Shown: positions 38,220-48,340, counted from the stretch's first letter. The stretch is 58,674 nt of DNA from an uncultured Eggerthellaceae bacterium (GCA_904420215.1 CAJFUR010000009.1:1-58674), one strand, 5' to 3'. Program-made: numbers and translations. The notes: a model not told the origin generated them from the letters alone.

Positions 38220-39011
38220 ATGGCCGCACCAAAAGAAGTCACGCCGCGCACGCCGCCCGCCTCCATGGCGAAAAGGTATGCGGCGTTCCTGGCAGGCCTC
38301 GTCGTCATGGCTTTCGGCATCGCCTTCTCCATCAAGGCGGACTTGGGAACCTCGCCCATTTCCAGCCTGCCCTACGTCGCAAGCCTGTGCACCCCACTTT
38401 CCGTGGGAACCGCCACCATCCTCATGCACTGCGCCTTCATCGCGTTTCAGATACTCGTGCTGCGCAAGGACTACCGGCCGATACAGCTGCTGCAGCTTCC
38501 CGTCGCCTTCCTGTTCGGCTTCCTGACCGACTTCGGCGTCTGGGCGCTGCAGGGCGTGACGCACGCCGGCTACGTCCAGCAGTGGATCCTGTGTCTGGTC
38601 GGCACCGCGCTGGTGGGCGCGGGCGTGAGCCTTGAAGTGAGGGCGGGCGTGGTCGTGCTGGCCGGCGAGGGCGCAGTGCTGGCCCTGTGCAAAGCCCTGC
38701 CCGTCAAGTTCGGCACCATGAAGGTGGGGTTCGACGTGACGCTCGTCGCAACTGCCTGCATCGTGTCTTTTGCGGGATTGGGGCACCTGGAAGGCGTGCG
38801 CGAGGGAACCGTGGCAGCAGCGCTACTGGTCGGCCCGATAGCGCGAAAGATGGGCGACTTGTGGGAGCGGTTGCGTCCCTCCGGCACCGGCGCGCAACCA
38901 CCCGTTGCGGCCGACGGGGGCAAGACGCCCCGTCGGGTCGGCGCAGCCCGCTCCTCCCTCACAGCCGAACGGACCGCACGGCAACCGGAGCCAACCGCCC
39001 GCGCCGAATAG
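38220..39011 (+). CDS. YczE/YyaS/YitT-family membrane protein
   Basis: AFGIAFSIKADLGTSPISSLPY...GVREGTVAAALLVG. This is the real part of the 1455-aa track ORF. Confidence 0.88.
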   Translation: MAAPKEVTPRTPPASMAKRYAAFLAGLVVMAFGIAFSIKADLGTSPISSLPYVASLCTPLSVGTATILMHCAFIAFQILVLRKDYRPIQLLQLPVAFLFGFLTDFGVWALQGVTHAGYVQQWILCLVGTALVGAGVSLEVRAGVVVLAGEGAVLALCKALPVKFGTMKVGFDVTLVATACIVSFAGLGHLEGVREGTVAAALLVGPIARKMGDLWERLRPSGTGAQPPVAADGGKTPRRVGAARSSLTAERTARQPEPTARAE

Positions 39012-39148
39012 GCCGCCGCCCGCTTGCGGCGCGCACGCGCGCCCTCCCGCGGCGCGGACGAAATGCCCACAATGCCCACAAATAGGCGCTTGCAAAACGC
39101 GTCCCTCTTTGCAATAATGTTCGGGTTGTCCCTTCGGGGGCGGAAAAC

Positions 39149-39224
39149 GGCTCCGTCGTCTAGCGGTTAGGACGCCGCCCTTTCAAGGCGGAGGTCGCCG
39201 GTTCGAACCCGGTCGGAGCTACCA
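39149..39224 (+). tRNA. tRNA-Glu(TTC)
   Basis: Anticodon arm CCGCC-CTTTCAA-GGCGG, GGTTCGAACCC, ACCA end; upstream TTGCAA-17-AATAAT. Confidence 0.97.
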
Positions 39225-39232
39225 GAAACCAC

Positions 39233-39262
39233 AAGGCCGGAAGTACACGCTTCCGGCCTTTT
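39233..39262 (+). terminator. Terminator hairpin after tRNA-Glu (same GGCCGGAAG...CTTCCGGCC family)
   Basis: AAGGCCGGAAGTACACGCTTCCGGCCTTTT. Confidence 0.85.
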
Positions 39263-39392
39263 CGCATTCCGCCCGAAACGTACCGTCTCAGAGTGGCACT
39301 GGATTGCGATCCTAGTGCATGAAATCGCAGGTTAGGGTTAAGCTTCAAAAGTGTTTAATGGGATCGATCGATGGGGCTGGGAGTTGTAGGAC

Positions 39393-41261
39393 ATGCCTAA
39401 GAACGCTCGGATCAAAAGAATCAAACCTGTATTGAAATGGGCAGGTGGGAAGACCCAATTGCTCGATGATCTAATTCCCCGCATGCCCGAAAAATATGAA
39501 CGGTACATCGAGCCTTTCTTCGGGGGAGGAGCCTTGTTCTTCGCCGTCCGGCCGAGTTCGGCCATCATAGCCGACAGCAATCCCGAGTTGATCAACATGT
39601 ACAAGCAGATTGCAGAGAATGCTGATGGAGTAATAGGGCGACTTGACGAGTATAAAAACGAGAAGGAGATGTTCTATGCTGTACGCGAACAGGACTGGAG
39701 GAAGCTTTCAAAGGCCGAAGCGGCAGCAAGAACGATATATCTCAACCGCACCTGCTTTAACGGCCTTTACCGCGTAAACAAGCAAGGAAAGTTCAACACC
39801 CCTTTTGGGGGTTACAAAAGGCCAAACATTTGCGACGCACCCACCTTGCGCGCCGCATCGGAAGCGCTCAGGAATGCGCAAATCATATGTGGCGACTATC
39901 GCGACGTTCTAAGAGAAAATGGGAGGGAGGGTGATTTCGTTTTCCTGGATCCGCCATATCTTCCCGTTACTCCATCCGGCGACTTCAAACGGTATACCAA
40001 GGAGCAGTTCCACGAGAAAGACCATCGCGAACTTGCAGAGACTATAAAGGAACTCGAAGCGCGAGGATGCAAGGTCATACTGACCAATTCAAACCACCCG
40101 TTAGTTGCCGAACTCTACAGGGATTACCCGATGACCATCGTGCAAACACGACGTCATGTCAACTGCCGGGGAAACGGTCGGAACGGCGAGGATGTAATCG
40201 TGGACATCGTGCCCGAGCGGACCGCAGCAAGCGCCATGAGCATGCAGGTGCAGAAATACCCACAGACTCGCTATATGGGTTCCAAAAGGAAACTGCTTGT
40301 CCCCATATGGAAAGCGGTGGAGAGATTCAACCCGAAAAGCGCCGTCGACCTTTTCTCTGGCTCCGGTGTCGTCGGCTATATGTTCAAGGCGCAAGGGCTG
40401 AGAGTGACAAGCAACGACTACATGTGGATGTCATCTACATTTTCCAAAGCACTCATAGAAAACAATGGAACAACACTCTCGAAGGCAGAAGCTGAAGAAC
40501 TACTGCAATCCACCGGAACGAGCGACGGCTTCGTTGCCAATACATTCAAGGGACTTTACTACACCGATACCGAAAACGAATGCATCGACAATATACGCGC
40601 CAACATCAAGCAGTTGGACAACGAATACAAAAGGGCAGTAGCCATGATGGCGCTCATAAGGGCATGCACGAAAAAGAGACCGAGGGGTATCTTCTCCTAT
40701 ACGGGGCATCGCTACGACGATGGACGCAGAGACCTACAACTGAGCATGGAAGAGCAATTCTTGGAAGCGGTAGAAGCTATTAACAATGCGGTATTCGACA
40801 ACGGACAGGCAAACGTTTCGGTGCAAGGCGATGCCTTAGCTCTAAAGGTCGATCATGTCGATCTCGTCTACATAGACCCTCCCTACTATTCGAAGAACTC
40901 CGACAATGAATATGTGAGGAGGTATCACTTCGTAGAGGGGCTTGCTCGCGACTGGCAGGGTGTGGAGATTCAGGAATGCACCAAAACGAAGAAGTTCAAA
41001 TCGTATCCAACTCCATTCTCAACTGAGACAGGTGCGGAGGAAGCCTTCGACGAGCTTTTTGAACGCTATGCCGATTCGGTGATAGCAGTCTCATACTCCT
41101 CGAATTGCCTGCCCGATCGGGAGACCATGGTGTCGATGCTCTCTAGACGCAAGAAGCACGTCGATGTGATACCTCTTGATTACACATACGGATTCGGCAA
41201 CCAGACCAATGCAAAGACGCATAGAAACAAAGTGAAGGAATACCTGTTCATAGGATATTAA
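39393..41261 (+). CDS. Fused double-domain N6-adenine DNA methyltransferase (Dam/D12 family)
   Basis: Domain 1: LKWAGGK, IEPFFGGG, FLDPPY. Domain 2: RYMGSK, VDLFSGSG, YIDPPYY. Confidence 0.93.
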   Translation: MPKNARIKRIKPVLKWAGGKTQLLDDLIPRMPEKYERYIEPFFGGGALFFAVRPSSAIIADSNPELINMYKQIAENADGVIGRLDEYKNEKEMFYAVREQDWRKLSKAEAAARTIYLNRTCFNGLYRVNKQGKFNTPFGGYKRPNICDAPTLRAASEALRNAQIICGDYRDVLRENGREGDFVFLDPPYLPVTPSGDFKRYTKEQFHEKDHRELAETIKELEARGCKVILTNSNHPLVAELYRDYPMTIVQTRRHVNCRGNGRNGEDVIVDIVPERTAASAMSMQVQKYPQTRYMGSKRKLLVPIWKAVERFNPKSAVDLFSGSGVVGYMFKAQGLRVTSNDYMWMSSTFSKALIENNGTTLSKAEAEELLQSTGTSDGFVANTFKGLYYTDTENECIDNIRANIKQLDNEYKRAVAMMALIRACTKKRPRGIFSYTGHRYDDGRRDLQLSMEEQFLEAVEAINNAVFDNGQANVSVQGDALALKVDHVDLVYIDPPYYSKNSDNEYVRRYHFVEGLARDWQGVEIQECTKTKKFKSYPTPFSTETGAEEAFDELFERYADSVIAVSYSSNCLPDRETMVSMLSRRKKHVDVIPLDYTYGFGNQTNAKTHRNKVKEYLFIGY

Positions 41262-41263
41262 GC

Positions 41264-43279
41264 ATGGATGACGAGAGCATTGATATTTGGCTAATTGGCA
41301 ACACGGGGTTGCGAAATCCCACACGCATATTCGAGGGTTTCAGGTTATATGCACAGTCACCTTTCGTGGGACAACTGGTTGACGGCAAGAACGATGTCCC
41401 ATTCACAAGGTATCTTTCTGAGCATGGTGTGATCAACAACAAGCCCGGCAAGGATGCGTCCGGCAGTCATGCCAGAAAATGGCGGCTCATGTTCGAGCGA
41501 AATGGACTGATATACCCAAAGATCACTCAAACCGTTGGCAACCAAAAGGATTTGGGTGCGATTGGGCAAATCACGCCCTTCGGCTACTCGTTTCTGCGGG
41601 CAGATACCTACTCGGCTCAGCAAGAATGCTTCTTGCGGGCAATGAGCGTAGAGCAGACGCCGACCACGACCAGCAAGAACAAGCTGTTCTCTCCTCTCAG
41701 ATGGGTACTCGCAGTGATGCTAGAGTTAGAGAAGAGAATCGGAACCAGCGAACTGACGAGAACCGAGTTTGCGCTTTGGGGGCACACGACAGACCCGACC
41801 TACGATATCGGCTATGTCGTGGATAGCATCCTCGATCTTCGCGAAAGAAGGTCAAAGGCACCGTCGAAGCGCGTGTTCGACAGGAACGAGATCAAGAGAC
41901 GCGGAAAGAGCTACCCCAAGAAGATCGGCAACTTCTTTGACTACTCAGATATGAACATGCGCTATCTGCGCATAACGGGCGTGCTTCAGCGCAAAGGCAG
42001 AGGCCTTATTATCGCACCGACCAAGCACGCGTTGGCCGAGAAGCTTGCCAAAGACACTGTGAGCAGCATGAACCTTCTTGATGCACTCAAACTGTTGGCT
42101 GCGGGTGCACCGCTGCCAAGCGATGACTTCGAGACTGCCAGAGAACTACTCGCAAGTGTCGAAAAACTCGCTAAGGCACAAGGCGTTTTCTATGACATTA
42201 GCGATTTGGCTCTCGACACGGATGTCGGCGTAAACATTGCGCGTCTACGAATCGAGGAAGAACTCCAACTCACGAACGAGCTCGCCTATGCGGATAGGCA
42301 GAGAAACGAATGGCGCGAAATCGTGGAGTACATGCGCCTCATTGAAAAAGGAGGCGGTGTCAGCAACGAGGAGGACGAAGAAAAGAGAATTGAGGTGCCG
42401 AAGGACGAGCTGCCGGCATACCTTGAATGGATACTGTGGCGTGCCGAGTTGGCCATTGATCATATGATCACCAGCCCATACGAAGTGAGAGGATTCAATA
42501 TCGACTCAGACTTCCTGCCGGTGAACACAGCTGGCGGAGGACGGGGCGACCTTTATTGCGAGCATGAAGACTTCATGCTCGTCACAGAGGCATCAATGTC
42601 AACGTCTTCCAGACAAGAAGCGATGGAGGGAGAGCCTGTGCGGCGCCATGTATCGGATGCCATGGATACCGCGAGTTGTCCCGTTTACGGTTTGTTCGTC
42701 GCAACGAAGATAGATACCAATACGGCGGAGACGTTCAGGCATGGAGTTTGGTACGACAAGGAAAATAGCAAGAGGAGGCTGAATATCCTTCCCTTGACGT
42801 TGAGCCAATTCAGGGAACACTTCACAGCCATGTTTGAATCCGATTCGGCAGAGCCCGCGAAGATAAGGGAGTTGATAGCAAGCAGCATCGCCAGACGCGA
42901 TGCCCTAAATGGCCCTGATTGGAAAGCGTACATAGAGCGAACCGTCGCGTCCGAAGTTGCGCGCATAAGAAACGCAGAGCAATTCGTCAATGTCGAACCG
43001 CCGATTATTCTTCCCGGAATGACGGTTATTCATCCAATATTTGGAACAGGCCAGATTCTGCTCGCAAACGTGATTTATCGCGAAAAAGGCAGCGATGTTA
43101 CCGTATTGCCTTTTGCAAACGAATTGCCCGATGGTCTATCGATGCTACCAGATGGACAAACCATCGAAAGCGAAGACAAGGGGCTGATTGATGTCGTCAG
43201 CTACCAAGTGGCATTTAGAGACAGGCTGATTCCGATGAGCAGAGAGGAATTGGGGAAGACAGCAAGATTGGTTATCTGA
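41264..43279 (+). CDS. AlwI-family type IIS restriction endonuclease with C-terminal extension
   Basis: GNTGLRNP start, DYSDMNMRYLRITG, TAGGGRGDL...EASMSTSSRQEAMEGEPVRRH; begins 2 bp after the MTase stop. Confidence 0.85.
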   Translation: MDDESIDIWLIGNTGLRNPTRIFEGFRLYAQSPFVGQLVDGKNDVPFTRYLSEHGVINNKPGKDASGSHARKWRLMFERNGLIYPKITQTVGNQKDLGAIGQITPFGYSFLRADTYSAQQECFLRAMSVEQTPTTTSKNKLFSPLRWVLAVMLELEKRIGTSELTRTEFALWGHTTDPTYDIGYVVDSILDLRERRSKAPSKRVFDRNEIKRRGKSYPKKIGNFFDYSDMNMRYLRITGVLQRKGRGLIIAPTKHALAEKLAKDTVSSMNLLDALKLLAAGAPLPSDDFETARELLASVEKLAKAQGVFYDISDLALDTDVGVNIARLRIEEELQLTNELAYADRQRNEWREIVEYMRLIEKGGGVSNEEDEEKRIEVPKDELPAYLEWILWRAELAIDHMITSPYEVRGFNIDSDFLPVNTAGGGRGDLYCEHEDFMLVTEASMSTSSRQEAMEGEPVRRHVSDAMDTASCPVYGLFVATKIDTNTAETFRHGVWYDKENSKRRLNILPLTLSQFREHFTAMFESDSAEPAKIRELIASSIARRDALNGPDWKAYIERTVASEVARIRNAEQFVNVEPPIILPGMTVIHPIFGTGQILLANVIYREKGSDVTVLPFANELPDGLSMLPDGQTIESEDKGLIDVVSYQVAFRDRLIPMSREELGKTARLVI

Positions 43280-43380
43280 AGATGCCGATGGCAATGTCGT
43301 AATGCTAGGCAAGAATTATGAACACAACGAAATCGCATGTATGGGGACTGGAAGGAAATTGCGGAAAATAGGCAAAGGAG

Positions 43381-43722
43381 ATGAAGGACGGGGCAGATTT
43401 TGAAGCTCATGCTTTTTAAGCGATCCTTGAAGAACTTGTTGCCAAGAGCGATGAGATAGATGGGCTGTCTGCCGACACACGAACGCAATTGCAATTCCCC
43501 ATCGAAGACCTCAAAAAGAGAAAGACCGAGACGCAAGCATATTACATGAGGCAGGACGGCTTGACGAGTCAGATCGCCTCCTTTCAACGATATTTCAATA
43601 TGTCGATTCCCAAAATGCGGCTTGTGCAGATCGACATGTTGAAACATAACCCGAATCGCACGTTTAACGGGCAAGCGCACGGCACAGGTGGGGTTTCCCT
43701 GTTCGCATCATCCCCCCCATGA
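43381..43722 (+). pseudogene. Possible degraded ORF with internal TAA
   Basis: The frame reads MKDGADFEAHAF*AILEELVAKSDEIDGLSADTRTQLQFPIEDLKK..., with the stop at 43417-43419. Confidence 0.35.
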
Positions 43723-43777
43723 CACCGGATTGCGATTTTCCGCACGAGAGCGCATAAGGGTCGCAATCGGGTGCCAC
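43719..43777. repeat. 59-bp imperfect palindromic element
   Basis: ATGACACCGGATTGCGAT...GTCGCAATCGGGTGCCAC; same family as 5273-5331. Confidence 0.7.
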
Positions 43778-43852
43778 TTTGGCAGAGACGAAGTGGAAAA
43801 CCGGCTTGGACAACGCCACCCAGGCGCCGGTTCCAGCATGGCATGGCATCGC

Positions 43853-44221
43853 CTACGCGATGTCCTTGGTGGCCACCACGTCCACGCCGGTGGCGCACAC
43901 GTTCGCCAGCAGCACGTCGCCGGCGTGCACCGGGGGCGCCACGCGCAGGCGGCGCAGGGCGTCGAGCACCTCGGGCACGCGCCCTTTCGGCACGGGGGAG
44001 GCGGTCTTCACGCTCGCCGGCTCCAAGCGGCCCTCCACCTGTGCAAGCGCCGTCACCATGCGCGCGGGGGCGGTGGCCTCGAGCACGGCGTAGGACGCGC
44101 CGCGCGCGCACGAGTGGCCCTCCACCTCCGCCTCCCCCGCCTCGTCGAAGGACACCTCGAGCCTGCAGCCGAGCGGGCAGCAAATGCAGGTGAACGTGGT
44201 TATCTCGGTGGCTACCTGCAT
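43853..44221 (-). CDS. DUF1667-like small CxxC protein
   Basis: FTCICCPLGCRL...GHSCARG...SVKTASPVPK...GVDVVAT. Confidence 0.85.
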   Translation of the reverse strand: MQVATEITTFTCICCPLGCRLEVSFDEAGEAEVEGHSCARGASYAVLEATAPARMVTALAQVEGRLEPASVKTASPVPKGRVPEVLDALRRLRVAPPVHAGDVLLANVCATGVDVVATKDIA

Positions 44222-47200
44222 CTAGTCCGCTCCCCCTCCCATTTCGCGGCGCCGCGCGCCGGCCCCGCCCGCCTCCTCCGGCTCGAGCGGGCCGCCTGCG
44301 GCGCTCACGCGCACGGCGGAAAGCCCCGACACGTCGATGCCCGCCAAGTTGACCTGCACCATTTCGGCCGGCACGGCAACCAGCGCCTTCGCCTTGCACA
44401 GTTCGCGCACGTGCCCGTCGCCGTCGATGCCCTCCACGACGAACCGGGGGTTGCGGATGGCGCGCGCCACCCGGAAAGACAGCGACACGCCCTCGTCGGC
44501 GCGCGTCGAGCGCGCGATGACCTGCGGCACCACGCCGCGCACGTCCGCGCCCGCCACCACCGGCACCGCAGGCGCGGCGGCAAAGCCGGAGGAAGCCGCC
44601 GGGGCGGCATCGGAGGCGCCGGCAAGAACGCCGCTCCCAGCCGGGACGTCGGCACCCGCGCCGGCCGGGGCGCCCGCGGCCGGGGCGCCCGCGTCGGCCG
44701 GAGCATCGCCGGCGGCAGCAGCCCCGGCGCCGTCTGCAGCGTCGCCCGCCGGCCCGCCCCGCCCCGCAAGCGCGCACGCCGCCGCGGCGCGTCCGGCCAA
44801 CTCGCCCTCGGCGGACGCATAGTCCACCAGGTCGTGGATGTGCAGCGCGTTTCCGCAGGCGAAGATGCCCTCCACGTTCGTGCGCAGGCGGTTGTCCACG
44901 CGCGGGCCGCCCGTGGCCTCGTCCAGCTGCACGCCCGCCGTCTTCGCCACCTCGTTCTCGGGCAGAAGCCCCACCGAAAGGAGCAGGGTGTCGCACGCGA
45001 CGCGCTCCTCGGTGCCGGGAACCACCTGCCGGGTATCGGGGTCCACGCGCGCCACGTACACCGCGCTCAGGCGCCCCTCGCCCTCCAGCCGCACGACGGT
45101 GGAACTCAGGTGCAGGGGAATGCCGAAGTCGTCGAGGCACTGCACGATGTTGCGGCGCAGCCCCGAGGGGTGCGGCATGATCTCGTATACGCCCACCACC
45201 TGCGCCCCTTGGCACACCATGCGGCGCGCCATGATGAGCCCGATGTCGCCCGACCCCAGCACCACCACGCGCCGCCCGGGCAAACAGCCCTGCAGGTTCA
45301 TGAAGTTCTGGGCGCTGCCGGCCGAATGCACGCCCGCCGGGCGGCTTCCCGCCACGTCGAGCGCGCCCAGCCCCCGCTCGCGCGAGCCGGTGGCAAGCAC
45401 CACCGCGCGCGCCTCCACCGCAACCGCGCCGTCCTCGCCCACGGCGGCCACCACGTGCGCGCCGCCTTCGCCCGCATGCGCGTCGATGCGCATGGCCGAC
45501 GCGCCCGCAAGCACCGACACCCCGCCGGCGGCGGGCGCCTCCAAGGCCGCCGCCTCGCGGGCGGCGTATTCGGGGCCGGTCAGCTCCACGCCGAAGCGGT
45601 GCAGGCCGAAGCCGTTGTGGATGCACTGCTTCAGGATGCCGCCCAGCCGCGCCTCGCGGTCCACCAAAAGCACGCGCGCGCCCGCCGCGGCCGCCGCATG
45701 CGCCGCGGCCATGCCCGCCGCGCCGCCGCCCACCACTGCCACGTCCACGCGCTCGCGGCGCAGCGCGGCGGGCGCGCCTGCGGCCTGCCCGCCCGAACCC
45801 GCAGGCTCGGCCGCGCTCCCCGCCGCGCGCGCATCCGCCGCCGCGTCCCCGCGGCGCACCAGCTCCACGTAGTCGCGCCGCGCGTCCACCACCACGGGCG
45901 AGGCCACGCCGCGCTTGTCGAGCGCCTGCGGCGGCATCCCCGTCTCGCGCGCGACTATCTTCACCACTTCCGGCGAGCAGAACCCGGCATGGCAGCGGCC
46001 CATCATGGCGCGCGTGCGCCACTTCAGCGCGTCGAGCGACAGCACGGGCAGCGGCCCGTGCAGGGCGGCCACCAGCTCGGCCTCGGCCACCTCGCAGCAG
46101 CGGCACACCACGTGCCCCCACCGCGCGTCGGCGGCGATGGCGGCGGCGCGCTCGGCGTCGGACAAATCCGCGAAGCGCCGCACGGGGCTCCTGCGCGCAT
46201 CGAACTCCGGGTTCTCCCGCGCCTCCAGAAGCGCCGCCACGTCGCGGGCAATCCGGCGCGCCACGGCCGGCGCCGACGTGAGGCCGGGGGAATCGAAGCA
46301 GGCCACGTTGAAGAAGCCCGGCGCGTCCGGCGCCTCGCCCAGCACGAAGTCCCCCTCCGCGCAGCTTGCGCGCAGCCCGGCGAAGTTCGTGACCAGACCG
46401 CGCGTGCCCACGCCGGCCCACGTCTTGCGGGCGGCCTCCCTGACGAAGGAAAGGCCCTCCGCCGTGGTGGACACGTCGGTTTTGGAGAACTGCTCCACGG
46501 CGGAGGGCCCCACGAGCAGGTTTCCGTGCACGGTGGGCGTGACCAGCACGCCCTTTCCCGAAGACGAGGGGGCCTGGAACATGGTGTGCGAGAACGCGCC
46601 GCCCCACTCGGTGTCGTAGAGGCAGTACTCGCCCCGGCGCGGCGTGATGCGCAGCTTGCGCTCGCTCACCAGGTTGTTCACCTCGTCGGCGAACACGCCC
46701 GCGGCGTTCACCACCGCACGCGCCACGAAGCGCGCGCCGCCTTCGGTGACCACCGCGTAGCGGAAGGGCCCGCGCGCCGAGGACGCGCACGCGCCGGAGC
46801 GCGCGGCATCCCCGCCGGCGCCGTCCGCACCTGCAGCCGCGGCGTCCGCGTCCTCCTCGTCCCACCTGCGCGCATCGCGGGCGTCCAAGGGCTGCACGGC
46901 GCGCACGCGCGCGTTGAAGTGGAAGCGCACGCCGTGTTCCGCCGCCTGCTCGGCGCAGGAAAGGGCCACCTCGTAGGGGTCGCAGATGGCGCCCGTCTCG
47001 GCCAGAAGGGCGCCTTTCGCGCGGGGGTTCGCCTGAGGCTCCAAGGCGCGCAGCTCCGCAGGCGAAACCTCGCGCACGCCGTCGATGCCGTTTTGCGCCG
47101 CGCGCCGCACCAGCGAGCGCACGCATGCCATTTCCTCGTCGGTGAACGCCAGCACCAAAGATCCGTTGCGCCGATAGGAAAAGCCCAGCTCGTCCGCCCA

Positions 47201-47449
47201 TTGCGGGTACAGGCGCGACCCTTCGGCGTTGCAGCGCGCCTTCAGCGTGCCCGGAAGCGGGTCGTAGCCGGCATGCACGATGCCGGAGTTGGCCCGCGTC
47301 GCGCCGCAGGCAATGTCGTTTCCCGCCTCCAGCACGCACGCCCGCAGGCGGTAGCGCGCCAGTTCCCGGGCAATGGCCGCACCCGCCACGCCCGCGCCCA
47401 CCACGACGACGTCGCAGGGCGTTTCGTTGAGATTGTTCGCGTGATCCAT
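44222..47449 (-). CDS. Fused FAD-dependent oxidoreductase: GlpA/LhgO-like domain + BFD-like 2Fe-2S + pyridine nucleotide-disulfide oxidoreductase
   Basis: GAGVAG...[21 protein letters not shown]...GRCHAGFC; second Rossmann [45 protein letters not shown]; one continuous frame. Confidence 0.88.
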   Translation of the reverse strand: MDHANNLNETPCDVVVVGAGVAGAAIARELARYRLRACVLEAGNDIACGATRANSGIVHAGYDPLPGTLKARCNAEGSRLYPQWADELGFSYRRNGSLVLAFTDEEMACVRSLVRRAAQNGIDGVREVSPAELRALEPQANPRAKGALLAETGAICDPYEVALSCAEQAAEHGVRFHFNARVRAVQPLDARDARRWDEEDADAAAAGADGAGGDAARSGACASSARGPFRYAVVTEGGARFVARAVVNAAGVFADEVNNLVSERKLRITPRRGEYCLYDTEWGGAFSHTMFQAPSSSGKGVLVTPTVHGNLLVGPSAVEQFSKTDVSTTAEGLSFVREAARKTWAGVGTRGLVTNFAGLRASCAEGDFVLGEAPDAPGFFNVACFDSPGLTSAPAVARRIARDVAALLEARENPEFDARRSPVRRFADLSDAERAAAIAADARWGHVVCRCCEVAEAELVAALHGPLPVLSLDALKWRTRAMMGRCHAGFCSPEVVKIVARETGMPPQALDKRGVASPVVVDARRDYVELVRRGDAAADARAAGSAAEPAGSGGQAAGAPAALRRERVDVAVVGGGAAGMAAAHAAAAAGARVLLVDREARLGGILKQCIHNGFGLHRFGVELTGPEYAAREAAALEAPAAGGVSVLAGASAMRIDAHAGEGGAHVVAAVGEDGAVAVEARAVVLATGSRERGLGALDVAGSRPAGVHSAGSAQNFMNLQGCLPGRRVVVLGSGDIGLIMARRMVCQGAQVVGVYEIMPHPSGLRRNIVQCLDDFGIPLHLSSTVVRLEGEGRLSAVYVARVDPDTRQVVPGTEERVACDTLLLSVGLLPENEVAKTAGVQLDEATGGPRVDNRLRTNVEGIFACGNALHIHDLVDYASAEGELAGRAAAACALAGRGGPAGDAADGAGAAAAGDAPADAGAPAAGAPAGAGADVPAGSGVLAGASDAAPAASSGFAAAPAVPVVAGADVRGVVPQVIARSTRADEGVSLSFRVARAIRNPRFVVEGIDGDGHVRELCKAKALVAVPAEMVQVNLAGIDVSGLSAVRVSAAGGPLEPEEAGGAGARRREMGGGAD

Positions 47450-47550
47450 GTCGCTCAGCTTACTATTTCTCCCCGCTGGGCGAAAGGGCGCGCACGCAAT
47501 CGCCAGAACACGCTATGGTTTCACTGGACGAATTTGACGAAAGGAACGCT

Positions 47551-47964
47551 ATGCGGATTGCGGTGGCCAGCGAAGGGCTGGAGGTGTCCCCCCATGCGGG
47601 GCATTGCTCGGGTTTCATGTGCTACACCGTCATCCGCGGCGTCATCACGGAATGCCAGAACCTGCCCAACCCCGGCCTTCCCGGGCCGGCCCTGGCCGAG
47701 ATGTTCCAAGAGGTGGGCGTGGACGCGCTCGTGTGCGGCGGCATCGAGATGGACATGGCCAACGCGCTGTGCCACGCGGGCATCGACGTGGTGGCGGGCA
47801 CTGCGGGCAGCACCCGCGCCGTGGCGGAGGCCTACGTGAACCACACGCTCATCGGCGCAGAAGAGCTGTGCCACCTGCTTGACGAGACGCCCGACGCCGG
47901 GGACGAGGAACTGGAAAGCGCGTTCGGCCGCATAGAGAAGCAGCTGGAAGCAGCCGCCCGCTAG
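47551..47964 (+). CDS. NifB/NifX (FeMo-cofactor biosynthesis-like) family small protein
   Basis: MRIAVASEGLEVSPHAGHCSGF...GVDALVCGGI...AGIDVV; SD AAAGGA. Confidence 0.8.
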   Translation: MRIAVASEGLEVSPHAGHCSGFMCYTVIRGVITECQNLPNPGLPGPALAEMFQEVGVDALVCGGIEMDMANALCHAGIDVVAGTAGSTRAVAEAYVNHTLIGAEELCHLLDETPDAGDEELESAFGRIEKQLEAAAR

Positions 47965-48122
47965 CGCCCGCACGGCGCAGGCGCAGGCGCCAACCGCCGG
48001 GACGCGCCGACGTTCGGCGCCCACAGCCGCCGAAGCCCGCGAACACCCCGCTTCGGCAAGCGCAAGCAAGGCCGATGGCACGCAGCCACATCGAGCAGCC
48101 GCCGAACGCCCCTCCAACAAGC

Positions 48123-48152
48123 AAAAAAGCCCCGTGAGGGGCTTTTGGTTTT
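48123..48152. terminator. Bidirectional intrinsic terminator
   Basis: AAAAAAGCCCC-GTGA-GGGGCTTTTGGTTTTT between convergent genes. Confidence 0.85.
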
Positions 48153-48241
48153 TCATCCAGAGAGCACAGCCGACGAGGCGCCACAGCGCCAAAACCCGTT
48201 GCGCCGACAGGCGCAACGCGAAAACGCCGCAGCCCGCCACC

Positions 48242-48340
48242 AAGCCTCGGGTCGCCGCCGACAAGCCGCAGGTTGCCACCGCAAGCCGCAACTCGCCGCC
48301 AAGCCACAGGTTGACATCACTAAGCCACAGGTTGGCGCAG
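48242..48340. repeat. Degenerate ~20-bp tandem repeat (AAGCCRCAGGTTG core), about 5 units
   Basis: AAGCC starts at 48242, 48263, 48283, 48301 and 48322. Confidence 0.7.

Larger units (their letters stand above)
39293..43778. mobile_element. Low-GC restriction-modification island downstream of tRNA-Glu (no integrase)
   Basis: Abrupt shift to much more AT-rich sequence (judged by eye), bounded by inverted GTGGCAC-NN-GATTGCGA arms. Confidence 0.75.

Noticed and set aside
34644-39011. 1455-aa plus-strand ORF
   Set aside because: It is a shadow of the DEAD-box and glycosyltransferase genes; only 38220-39011 is protein-like.
43201-43680. 159-aa minus-strand ORF at the island end
   Set aside because: It overlaps the endonuclease 3' end and has no recognisable motif; the plus-strand interrupted frame looks more protein-like.
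43719-43777. Integron attC (59-base element)
   Set aside because: The length matches, but the RYYYAAC/GTTRRRY ends are missing and no intI is present.
39149-43800. Prophage/ICE at tRNA-Glu
   Set aside because: No integrase, phage or conjugation genes, and no duplicated tRNA 3' end was found.
43584-47839. 1251-aa and 1383-aa ORFs overlapping the oxidoreductase
   Set aside because: Arg/Gly/Ala-rich alternative or antisense frames, expected at very high GC, with no motifs.
47551-47964. Nitrogen fixation
   Set aside because: The NifX-like fold is widespread in non-diazotrophs, and no nifHDK is in the window.
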